From Thecamonas trahens ATCC 50062 (taxonomy: Eukaryota; Protista; Apusomonadida), in assembly GCF_000142905.1 (NCBI RefSeq), contig NW_013657655.1:62001-126000 (forward strand): a DNA stretch of 64,000 nt, in the 5' to 3' direction. The translations under genes and the position numbers were made by a program. The notes under the pieces are model-generated. The model was not told where the DNA came from, made no database searches, and saw only the letters and a list, made by a program, of their open reading frames with translations. Of the stretch, positions 22,940-32,612 are shown piece after piece. Numbering within the stretch: the first letter of the stretch is position 1; every line of letters starts with the position of its first letter.

Positions 22940-24021
22940 GGGTGCAGTGGCACTATTCAGCCCCGACGTATGTGCTCTCACGTCAAGTGTGTGTGTATGT
23001 GTTGGGAGGGTGGGGGTGGGGGGGGGGGGGGGAGTGATCGATGGCAACCGTTGGTGGGTGGCACGGCGCAGGGCAATGCGGCGCCCGGGCGGGGGGGGGG
23101 GGGGANNNNNNNNNNNNNNNNNNNNNNNNNNNNNNNNNNNNNNNNNNNNNNNNNNNNNNNNNNNNNNNNNNNNNNNNNNNNNNNNNNNNNNNNNNNNNNN
23201 NNNNNNNNNNNNNNNNNNNNNNNNNNNNNNNNNNNNNNNNNNNNNNNNNNNNNNNNNNNNNNNNNNNNNNNNNNNNNNNNNNNNNNNNNNNNNNNNNNNN
23301 NNNNNNNNNNNNNNNNNNNNNNNNNNNNNNNNNNNNNNNNNNNNNNNNNNNNNNNNNNNNNNNNNNNNNNNNNNNNNNNNNNNNNNNNNNNNNNNNNNNN
23401 NNNNNNNNNNNNNNNNNNNNNNNNNNNNNNNNNNNNNNNNNNNNNNNNNNNNNNNNNNNNNNNNNNNNNNNNNNNNNNNNNNNNNNNNNNNNNNNNNNNN
23501 NNNNNNNNNNNNNNNNGGGGGGGGGGGAGGCAGGCATCGCCCGCGACCGTGCTCTGCTCTTCCACATCGTGAGGATGCACAACAGGAAGGCCGGGCCGAG
23601 CAAGGCGCTGGAACGATTGGGACGAGGACGACGAGGATGTAGGTCCTGCGAGATCAAGGGGTTTGAGGAACGGACGGTGGTTGAAACATGATTGAAGTCG
23701 CTTGTTATTGGGTGGGCCTGGGCACGCGAGGCGAGATATAGCGTCAGTGGGCGGACGATGGGGTACTCGATGGGGTACGAGGCGAGCGCGAGTGGGTCGG
23801 ATGGTGTGCAACCCAACCCATAAAGGGGGGGAGGGGGCGGGGGGGGGCGTGACGCGAGCAGTTGGTAGGCCAACCATTTCGCCGATTCAAGGAAGTTTTG
23901 CGGAAAAGGGGCGTGGCCTTACAGAATGGGCGGCGGGAGGGCGGTTGCACGCCGCGAGCGTGGTACACCTCTCCCTGTCGCGCGTTCCACGTACACACAC
24001 GAGTTGTTCAAAGCCGTACAC

Positions 24022-24579
24022 ATGCAGCAGGTGCTTGTTCTTCTTCTTGCCACACTGGTCATCCTCGGCTCTGTGGCACCTTTGACCACGGGCAGGTCTG
24101 TGCCCGATGCCGGCGAAGCCGTGGTGGTTGGCGACGTGCGGCATGGTGGGCTCGGGGCGGAGCCTGACTGGGAAAAGTGCGTGCACATCCACGACGTGGG
24201 CGAGGCATGCGTGGAGCTGATGGTCAACACGTCGACGCTCAGCATCGAAGTGGCGGTGACGATCGACAACAAGACTGTGCTCGAGAAGACGTTCTCGGGC
24301 AACTCGCTCTGCGTCGACACCGACACGCTCATCGAGGTGCTCGAGGCGGTGTGCATTCCGTGTCTGCCGATCCTCAAGATCATCAAGGAAGTCTTTGACC
24401 ATATCCCGGCCAAGATTCTCTCGATGTGCGTGGAGCTCGAGGACGTGGTCTACCACCACACGGCTCACCCGCCGTACGTTGCCGGCAACGTCTCGCTCGT
24501 CTCCAACATCCTCTGTTGGCACGACAAATGCATTTACTCTGACGATGATCACCTCGGGTCGTTCCATATCGACACGTAG
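24022..24579 (+). CDS. Secreted Cys-rich protein, DUF4773-like; paralogue of 31517-32122
   Basis: Hydrophobic signal peptide. Eight Cys align with the paralogue (SGN.[LV]CV.T..L..VLEAVC..C.P, IPA..LS.CV, ILCW...C.Y, LG.F). Confidence 0.8.
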   Translation: MQQVLVLLLATLVILGSVAPLTTGRSVPDAGEAVVVGDVRHGGLGAEPDWEKCVHIHDVGEACVELMVNTSTLSIEVAVTIDNKTVLEKTFSGNSLCVDTDTLIEVLEAVCIPCLPILKIIKEVFDHIPAKILSMCVELEDVVYHHTAHPPYVAGNVSLVSNILCWHDKCIYSDDDHLGSFHIDT

Positions 24580-24941
24580 GCGCCACGATTTCCGCATTGG
24601 CGGAGCAGGCACCCGAAAAGCGAGATGTAAATCAGCTTCAGAGCGGCGAAGAGAGGTTGGATGGAGGGCGAGGACGTGGCGGCCAAACTCCCCTACGATT
24701 CAGTCTTTCATTAGGCTTGACAGTATGAGCAATGATCGTGCCGATTGGCACAGATACCCGCGTGTAGATGAGCTGCAGCCTCACAGTCGTGCTCACGTGA
24801 GACCAAGGTCGTCATCGATGTGCATCGCCATCAAAACGACGAGTGGGAGCCAGTAGCTTCGCTTCGGCCCGCCGGCCGTGAGTGGTAGGGAAAGACGACG
24901 TGCGACAGCACCTCTCTCGGTTCATCACGGTCTCGCCTGGT

Positions 24942-25682
24942 ATGGCAGCGTTTGACGAGGAAGCGCTCGCGGGGCTCCCGCCGTTCTGTGTACGGGCCCT
25001 GGCCGACCTCGTGCTCGCCTCCGATCATAGGGCGTACCAGGTGGCGGTGGCGGTGGCGCAGCTCCAGGAGCGGGTGGAGACGGAGCTCGCTCTGGAGCGC
25101 AAGAAGGCAGCGGAGACAGCGGGGCGGCCGGCGGCGGCGCAGGAGCGGGGAGATACACCGGAGACGCTGGAAGAGCGGATGGCCGCACGAGCTGGTCGGG
25201 CGCGCGAGCTGAAGGCACAGGCTGTGGCGGCCAAGAGCGCGGCACGGGCGTTTGACGCCTCTGTGGTGCTCCCGACGTGGGACGGGCTCGCGCTCGCGCA
25301 GTGGGCAGCTCTCGCAGAGGCAGGCATCCCACCGTTTGCACCGATGCCTCGCGGGCTTGCAGAGCTCGCGGCTGCGCGGCATCCGGACCCGCACCTCCCA
25401 CAGACGGAGCTCGAGGCGCTCGGGTTATCAGCGTCTCATCGCAAGGCTGAGAGGTCGAGCTTGGCGGTGGAGGCGGTGGCTTGGGGAGACTACATGGACG
25501 ACGGCGACCGCGAGGTACAAGAGGCGATGCTCTCTGCGCTACTCACTCATGGGGCGCCGGGCTCAAAGGCGCTGGCAGAGCCGCTCGAATTCCGCGGAGC
25601 GTGCGCGCGCGTGTCTGCCGGGGTCTCGGCGGCGTCGATCACGGCGTCGATGAACGCGCTCCGCTCGCTCCGGCGGCGGTAG
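24942..25682 (+). CDS. Hypothetical Ala/Glu-rich helical protein
   Basis: 246-codon ORF from ATG with coding-like composition; no recognised domain. Confidence 0.55.
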   Translation: MAAFDEEALAGLPPFCVRALADLVLASDHRAYQVAVAVAQLQERVETELALERKKAAETAGRPAAAQERGDTPETLEERMAARAGRARELKAQAVAAKSAARAFDASVVLPTWDGLALAQWAALAEAGIPPFAPMPRGLAELAAARHPDPHLPQTELEALGLSASHRKAERSSLAVEAVAWGDYMDDGDREVQEAMLSALLTHGAPGSKALAEPLEFRGACARVSAGVSAASITASMNALRSLRRR

Positions 25683-26353
25683 TAGTCTGGCGGCGGGCAG
25701 GCACCCGACTTTGGTTGTAGGTCAGGTGGAGACAGAGCCTGGGGGAGGGGTGGAGGCACACCCCCTAGGGTGAGGCAGATCGTGGCGATGGAGAGGAGAG
25801 CGGGCGAATGCCGTGGGGGCCAGGTGTGTGCATGGCGCTCCGCCTCGTGGCCTGCCGTCCCTCTTGTCCGGAGGCGGTACGATGCGGCGAGGCGCGAGGG
25901 TAGAACGAGGGCAGCGAGCGTGATGCGGTGCGCTGCGGTGAGGCGAGGCATGCTTTGAGCGCGCAGCGCAGGTGCCCCACGATCCCCACATCGGCGCCAA
26001 AGGCACCCGACCGGTGAGATGTAAGCGCCGTTAACGGTGCGCACCCCCTAGTGGTCCGATGTAAAGCAGCCGTAGAGTGGCAGGTCTCCGCCGCAGCAAA
26101 GTGGAGTGGAGCGCAGCATGCCAGGATCGGCTCCCCAGCAGGAAATCGGGATGTAGGGCCCACTGGGGTACATTTGATCGGATGCAGATGGTGGCGACGC
26201 GGGCGGGGGGGGGGGGGGGGGGGAGTAGACTAAATCCTGGACATCACTGGGCAATCCGGTGCCGAGATGTGTGCAAGGCGGTCGACGGCGGGAAGTCGGG
26301 AAGTCGGGCAAGAAGGACACATCGGGCTTGGAGTCAGACTTGTCTCGTGTGTG

Positions 26354-26932
26354 ATGGGCGACGACGATCCGGGTGCGCTTGCACTCGTTGCGCTTACTGT
26401 GCAGAACGAGGTGCTCCGGAGGCAAAACGCGGAGCTGCGAGAGGCGATTGCCGGTGATGATGGCGACGACGAGGCAGCGGGCATGATCGCGGGCGGGGTG
26501 GTGGAGGGATCGGCGCGGCGGTGCGGCGAGTGCGAGCGTGCCCGCGGCGAGACACTGCGTGCGCTAGCAGAAGTGGCGGCGGTCCGCGAGCGGCAGGCGG
26601 CGACAGCGGCGCTGGCGCAGCAAGTGGCGTACCCGATGGCGGAGGCGCTTACCGCAGCCAGGGCGGCGGCGGCGGAGGCTAACGCTCTCGCTTCCAAACT
26701 CGGCGACGAGGTCGTTGCCCTCCAAACGCAGCTTGTCCGCGAGCGTGAGGCTGCGGCCGCGGAGCTCGCGGCGCAGCGTGCCGAGCTCACGGCGGCAGCG
26801 GCGGCGGATCGAGCGGCGGCAGACGCCGACCACGCGCGGCTCGCTGGCGAAGTCGCCCGCATCCGCAGCATGCTCGGCAGGCTGCGGGCGGCGGGGGCGG
26901 GGGCGGAGGCGGGGTCCGGGGCGGGGCTGTGA
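26354..26932 (+). CDS. Hypothetical coiled-coil protein
   Basis: Heptad-rich ORF (QNEVLRRQNAELREAI, LGDEVVALQTQL) with a CGEC motif. It ends in TGA 12 nt before the in-frame AMACR ATG. Confidence 0.6.
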   Translation: MGDDDPGALALVALTVQNEVLRRQNAELREAIAGDDGDDEAAGMIAGGVVEGSARRCGECERARGETLRALAEVAAVRERQAATAALAQQVAYPMAEALTAARAAAAEANALASKLGDEVVALQTQLVREREAAAAELAAQRAELTAAAAADRAAADADHARLAGEVARIRSMLGRLRAAGAGAEAGSGAGL

Positions 26933-26944
26933 CTTGTCTCAGGC

Positions 26945-28063
26945 ATGGCAGCTCCAGACGCGCCTGTCCTGGCAGGGGTGACGGTGGTGGAGCTCGGCGG
27001 GCTCGCGCCGGTTCCGTTTGCCGGCATGATGCTCGCTGACTTTGGAGCAGAGGTGGTGCGTGTGGACCGTGTGGGCGGCGGCATGTCGGCGGGCATGGAC
27101 AGCCTCGTGCGCGGCAAGCGGTCGGTCGCGGTGGACCTGCGGTCGCGCAACGGGCGCGACGTGCTGCTCAGACTGGTGAGCAAGGCAGACGTGCTGCTCG
27201 ACCCGTTCCGGCCAGGAGTCCTCGAATCGCTTGGGCTGAGCCCGGAGACGCTGCATGCGAGCAACAGCAGGCTCATCATTGTCCGGGTAACCGGATACGG
27301 GCAGAGCGGCGAGCGAGCGCAGGAGGCCGGACACGACATCAACTACGTGGCAGCGTCAGGCGTGCTATCGATGCTCGGCAAGGCGCCAGACAGCCCGCAG
27401 CCGCCGCTCAATCTGCTCGCCGACTTTGCCGGCGGCGGGCTCATGGCCGTGGTCGGGGTTCTCCTCGGACTGGCGCGGCGGAGCGCAGCGCAAGGGCACG
27501 GCTCGGTGGTGGAGGTGTCGATGGCGGACGCGGTGAGGTACCTCGCAGCGTTTGCGGTGGCCAACAGGCCAACGCTGTTCAGTAGAGCGCGCGGCAGCAA
27601 CGTCCTCGACAGCGGCGCGCACTTTTACAACGTCTATGGCACGCGCGACGGGCGATTCGTGGCGGTCGGGGCCATCGAGCCGCAGTTCTACGCGGCGCTC
27701 CTCGACGGGCTCGGACTTGATGCAAAGCACCTCCCGGACCAGAATGACGCGAGCGGGTGGCCGGCCATGACAACGCTCTTCCAACGGCTCTTTGCCACGC
27801 GAGACCTCGCAGAGTGGCTCGAGGTGTTTCACGGAACCGACGCGTGCGTCACCGCAGTTGCCGAACTCGACGGCGACGTCGCCGTAGAGCCGTGTCCAAA
27901 ACTCAGCGGCGTTGCACACCCGGCATCGACCAAGCAGCAGCTGCAGAGCAGACTGCGCCTCGGTGCTGGAGTACACTCGCGCGACATACTCCGGAGCCTC
28001 GGGTACGATGAGGCGGAGATCGAGGAGATGGTGGTGGAGGGGGTCATTGGATCGCGATTGTGA
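26945..28063 (+). CDS. AMACR: Alpha-methylacyl-CoA racemase (CoA-transferase family III) with PTS1 (-SRL)
   Basis: GLAPVPFAGMMLADFGAEVVRVD, RGKRSVAVDL, GHDINY, NLLADFAGGG and VGAIEPQFY; C-terminal SRL. Confidence 0.9.
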   Translation: MAAPDAPVLAGVTVVELGGLAPVPFAGMMLADFGAEVVRVDRVGGGMSAGMDSLVRGKRSVAVDLRSRNGRDVLLRLVSKADVLLDPFRPGVLESLGLSPETLHASNSRLIIVRVTGYGQSGERAQEAGHDINYVAASGVLSMLGKAPDSPQPPLNLLADFAGGGLMAVVGVLLGLARRSAAQGHGSVVEVSMADAVRYLAAFAVANRPTLFSRARGSNVLDSGAHFYNVYGTRDGRFVAVGAIEPQFYAALLDGLGLDAKHLPDQNDASGWPAMTTLFQRLFATRDLAEWLEVFHGTDACVTAVAELDGDVAVEPCPKLSGVAHPASTKQQLQSRLRLGAGVHSRDILRSLGYDEAEIEEMVVEGVIGSRL

Positions 28064-28231
28064 TGTTTGGCATACAGACCCGTAGCAAGAACTCTCCTGA
28101 TGTGGTAAACAGGGAAGCGATGCAGTACACACAACACGACAATATTGCCAGCTCCCCCCAACACAAACACACCACACGTCCCCCCATCCCCCCCACACAC
28201 ACACCCTCCCGCCCAGGGTCTGGCCCTGGGC

Positions 28232-28238
28232 AAAAAAA
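28232..28238 (-). terminator. RNA polymerase III terminator (T7)
   Basis: A7 on the + strand, 2 nt beyond the tRNA discriminator base. Confidence 0.8.
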
Positions 28239-28240
28239 CA

Positions 28241-28402
28241 CGTCGCGGACATGATTCGAACATGCGCGCTCAGAGAGCAATCGCTGGTTAGAAGGATGGG
28301 ATGGTATCAGGAGGAAATCCTGGAGTTATCGCCAAGAATTGAACTCGTGACCCGTCCCAGCCAAATTCTAAACGATCCCCTTAACCACTCGGGCACCGCG
28401 AC
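28241..28402 (-). tRNA. tRNA-Ser(AGA) with 80-nt intron at 37/38 (28365-28286)
   Basis: Acceptor stem GTCGCGG/CCGCGAC with discriminator G. D arm CCC-GAGTGGTTAA-GGG. Anticodon stem ATCGT/GCGAT with loop TT-AGA-A|A. Variable arm GCTC-TCT-GAGC. T arm GCATG-TTCGAAT-CATGT. A T7 Pol III terminator follows. Confidence 0.93.
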
Positions 28403-29202
28403 CTGTGCTTGTAGAAAGGAGAGCAGGGGAGGGGTTTTGACTGGTACATTGCATTGGGGCACCGGTCTTGGACGAGTGCGGCGGCAGGGGGGCGTGCGCA
28501 TGGCGTGGACGTTGTACTATTGTGTGGTGTATAGGTAGATAAGGTTGTACGAGCGGTGGTGGAGAGTTCCGAGCATGCGTGTGCGTTCCTGGGTTGTGTG
28601 GGAGGGGGCGCGGCGCGAGGTGGCAGTTTGTCATTTGGCGGCTGTGCGGAAGGCGCTTTCGCCCATTGTCCACTAGTTACCACCCTCTACATCTGCAGCA
28701 TCCCGATTCATCCCACACTTCCGGGCTTCCCTTGCATTCCGACCAGCAGCTTGAGTCCTGAGCCTGATCAAGCATTGGAAGGTACGTGCCGCTGATGAGC
28801 ACTGCATCACGCCCGCTGCGCTTGCTCTACTCCTACATCTTGTCACGACGGCGCGCCAACTATCGCGCCTGCTACGCTTGCTCTACTCTCCCGTCTCGCC
28901 GCATCACGGTTGTTGCCTTTGCTTATATCAAGCACGAGGTATCTGTATTGGAGTTTAACGTGGAGCTAAGCCAGTGTTTGCATAGGATGACGTCTTCCGC
29001 AGCAAGCATGGTTGATCGCTCAGTTCCAGAGATCTGTCATGGCAAAGGTGACCGCGGGCACAAGAAGTCCACTCGCTTTGTCTGCCTGAAGGACGCGATC
29101 GAGGCCATCTGACACCTGCAACTGACATGCAGTCGTATGGAGTGTGTCAGACACTCTGCTTTGTTTACCTGGCCGCTTCGATCTGCTCTGCTCACCCGGC
29201 CA

Positions 29203-29281
29203 CTCCGCTCCGCTACATCCTGCTACGCTCCGCCACGCTCCGCTACGACCCGCTACGCTCCGCGACGCTCCGCGACGCTCA
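29203..29281. repeat. Degenerate pentamer repeat (CGCTC/CGCTA/CGCGA)n
   Basis: ctccgctccgctacatcctgctacgctccgccacgctccgctacgacccgctacgctccgcgacgctccgcgacgctc. Confidence 0.7.
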
Positions 29282-29386
29282 CCTAGCAACTCAACTGGCT
29301 GCTTTTGCTCCGTTCTGCATCGCTCCGCTCAGCCAATCATGGCAAATACTTTATCTTAAAATACTGCCACGCCGGCATATGACCGT

Positions 29387-31296
29387 CTAGTACGAGCGGC
29401 CAAAGTTAGCATACGCAGTCGCGGCATTGTCGCAGGCAAAGCACTTTGCGCCGCCCATGTCGGCGCCAGCGAGATCGAGGGGGAGGCAGAGCGACTTGGC
29501 TGCGCCAGAGAGGGCGGGGCCCTCGCCGTCGGGGGAGGTGGTGTCCGACGCCGCCGCCTTGGCCGCCGCCGAGGAGCGCGCCTTGATGTCAAGCTCGCAC
29601 TCGACCCGCTCGCACCAGGGAACCTGCGCGTACTTGAGCCCGTTGATTGCCTCCATAAAGTCATCCCAGTTGTCAACCACTGCCTTGCAGTTGTTGGCGC
29701 GCTCAGTCGCCTGGATGAGCATGTTGGCCTGGATGTTCTCGAGCATGTCAGCCGTCGTTGCGCCGATGTTGTCCTGCGAAACCGTGGACTTTGTGAGCGT
29801 GTCGCGGCGGACAAAGACACACACGTTGTTCTCCATGTCGCGGGCCCCGATCTCGACCCGGAGCGGAACGCCCTTCATCTCCCAGTGGTTGTACTTCCAT
29901 CCGGCAGTCACGTTGTCGCGGACGTCCGGGTTGACACGCACGCCGGCCGCGCGCATCGAGTCGGCGATGCGGTTGATGGCCGCAACGAGCTCGGCAGCAT
30001 CGATCTTCTTCGAGTAGATCGGGACGATAACAACCTGGATGGGCGCGATGCGGGGCGGGAGCCGGAGGCCGTGGTCGTCGCCGTGGACCATGACAAGCGT
30101 GCCGATCGAGCGCGTCGAAAGGCCCCACGAGTTCTGCCAGATGTACGAGTGCTGCGACGGGTCGTTCGGGTCCTGGAACTTGATGTCAAACATGTGCGCA
30201 AAGTTCTGCCCGAGGTGATGCGAGGTGGCCGCCTGGATGGCCCGCCCGGTGTCGGGGACAAACACTTCGGTTGTCGTCGTGTAGTCACCGCCGGCAAACT
30301 TCTCCTTCTCAGACTTCTTGCCCTTAGTCACCGGGATCGCCATGAGCTCCTCATACACAGACGCGTACACATCAAGGATCTGGTACACTTCCTCATCTGC
30401 AGACTCAAACGTGGCGTGCGCCGTGTGGCCCTCCTGCCACAGGAACTCACGCGACCGGATAAACGGCGTCGGCGAGCTGAACTCCCACCGGACCACAGAG
30501 CACCACTGGTTGAGCCGGAGCGGCAGGTCGCGGTGCGACTTGACCCACCTGACAAACGAGGGGTAGATGACCGTCTCCGACGTCGGCCGGATGGCGATGG
30601 GCTCCGCGAGGTCCGACGACCCGGCCCGAGTAACCCACGCAACCTCGGGCGCAAAGCCCTCGATGTGGTCCTTCTCCTTGGTGAGGTATGCCTCGGGGAT
30701 GAACATCGGGAAGTAGCAGTTCTGCACTCCGAGCTCCTTGAACCGCGAATCGCACCACGCCTGGATCTGCTCCCAGATGGCAAACGCCCACGGCCGGAGG
30801 ATGTAGCAGCCGGACACATCGTAGTAATCGATCATCTCTGCCTTGACCACAAGCTCCGAGTACCACGTGCTAAAGTCCTCCTCCTTGGTGGTGCCCAGCC
30901 CGAGCTTGGTAACCTGGGGGTGCGTGGGAGGTGTGGGGGAAAGGAGGTTGAGGTGTGAGTGAAAAGAAATCCATCGTTTGCGGGGAAGGGGGGGGGGATG
31001 GGGGGGATGGGGGGGGAGGGGAGGGAGGGAGGGAGGGAGGGATGGAGGGAGAGGCGTGTGCATGTGTATGTGTGTGCGTGTGCGTGTGCGTGTGTGTGTG
31101 TGTGTGTGCGTACCTTCTTGGCCTTGCCACCCTTGCCACCCTTGCCACCCTTGCCGCCCTTGCCGCTCTTGCCGCCCTTGCCGCCCTTGCCACCCTTGCC
31201 GCCCTTGCCCTTCTTGCCAGGGCCCTGCGGCTGCTTGGGCGGCTTGCCCTCAAAGGTCAGCCCGCGACTCATGTAGTAGTATCCAATGCCCGACAT
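29387..31296 (-). CDS. Prolyl-tRNA synthetase (stand-alone, eukaryote/archaea type); intron 31113-30914; (GGK)n N-terminal extension
   Basis: IRPTSET, QWCSVVRWE, REFLWQEGHT, QNSWGLSTR, anticodon-binding domain and C-terminal FGRSY. The intron is AAG|GTACGC...CCCCAG|GTT. Confidence 0.95.
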
Positions 31297-31516
31297 CTCG
31301 AAGAGTTGCTCGAAGAAACGGTGAGGTGTGGTGCCGTGTAGCCGTGAAGAGACCGTGCTGGCTCTTGTCGTGTTTTGTGGCAGCCAGAGCCGTTCCCTGT
31401 GTCATTCGATGGCCTTCGTTGCGGCTTCGAGGCGGAGGGGGAAGGGGGGGGGGGGGGGGAATAGCGGGGAGGCAAAATGAAAGTGTTCACGTTAGGCTAG
31501 CTAGCGACGATGCCAA

Positions 31517-32122
31517 TTAGATCGGAAGGTTAAAGTGGCCAAGGAAGTTGTTGCCCTTGTAGACGCAATGGCTCTCCCAGCAGAGGATGGTGGCGTCGAG
31601 GTAGACGTCGCCGGAGACGGACGACGAGGTAAAGTCGAGGTTCTCAAAGTCAACGCAGAGCGAGAGGACCGACGCCGGGATGTACTTGAGCGCGGCCTTG
31701 ATGGCGTCGATGACCGGGATGCAGACCGCGCAGACGGCCTCGAGGACGTCGAGCAGGTCGTTGGTGTTGACGCACACCTGGTTGCCAGAAACAGTCTCCG
31801 AGAGGACAACCTCGCCGTCGACGGTGATGTCGATCTCCAGGCTGAGGGGCGAGGGATTGGCAGTGAGGACAACGCAAACGGGGCCAATGGCGGGGATGTT
31901 GATGCACCCGGACCAGGTGTAGTTGGACGTGAGTCCGCCGAGGCGGGCGGTGCGAACAACGGCGGCGGCGGCCTCGGCCTGCTTGGCTGCGACATCAAGG
32001 TTGACTGGCGTGGTCAGCCGCACGTCTGCGACAGCACGCTCGGTGACTGCGCCAAGCGACGGCGCGGCAAGGACGGCGGTGGCAATGGTGACCGCAACGG
32101 CGAGGGCGAGGGTAAGCTTCAT
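31517..32122 (-). CDS. Secreted Cys-rich protein, DUF4773-like; paralogue of 24022-24579
   Basis: Signal peptide MKLTLALAVAVTIATAVLA and a Cys pattern shared with the paralogue. Confidence 0.8.
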   Translation of the reverse strand: MKLTLALAVAVTIATAVLAAPSLGAVTERAVADVRLTTPVNLDVAAKQAEAAAAVVRTARLGGLTSNYTWSGCINIPAIGPVCVVLTANPSPLSLEIDITVDGEVVLSETVSGNQVCVNTNDLLDVLEAVCAVCIPVIDAIKAALKYIPASVLSLCVDFENLDFTSSSVSGDVYLDATILCWESHCVYKGNNFLGHFNLPI

Positions 32123-32612
32123 GGGCTTGAGGAAGTCGGGTGTGTGGGGTGTGTGTGTGGGAATGTTGGTCAGTGTGACTTAGGCATGCCAATTTAGAGC
32201 AATTGTTGCCGCGACTGAACGTGGCCCACACACCTGCTCCGCCTGGACACAGCCGAGTGTCACGATGCGGTACAGAGCGAGGGCGATGATCTTGAACTGG
32301 TGGACATGTTGTACAGTAGTGACGACAGGTAGCAGCTGATCAATCTTGAGCTCACACCCATCGACCACAGGATCTGCCCCACCCATTGTCATAGACCTGT
32401 TGCTACTCTCAAGTGACTCACGCCCTGCCGGGACACAGATGAGCGGCTCACACCCTGCCGGCACAAACCCTGGCAGCGCACACCCCACCCCGTCAGTGAG
32501 GTGGGCGGCCGAAATCGATATCAAATTCAAGCTTGTCGGCCGAGATCGACGTTCACGCTGACGCACGGTCCACGCTGCGGACTGACCAGCCCTTGGTCTG
32601 CTGGCGCACCCA

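Noticed and set aside
22671-23877. ORFs spanning N-runs (also near 1847, 3590, 38199, 43752, 48881)
   Set aside because: Artefacts of translating through assembly gaps flanked by poly-G/C.
28700-29200. Possible small gene or pseudogene with a GTACGT donor at ~28782 and a 108-aa ORF
   Set aside because: No recognisable domain, consistent exon structure or coding bias.
24022-32122. Inverted paralogues as ends of a mobile element carrying AMACR, the tRNA and ProRS
   Set aside because: Similarity is diverged and confined to coding sequence; no TIRs, target-site duplication or transposase.
32180-32550. Tail of ORF 32180-33415 as a frameshifted continuation of the large hypothetical protein
   Set aside because: No homology evidence, and the main ORF has its own stop.
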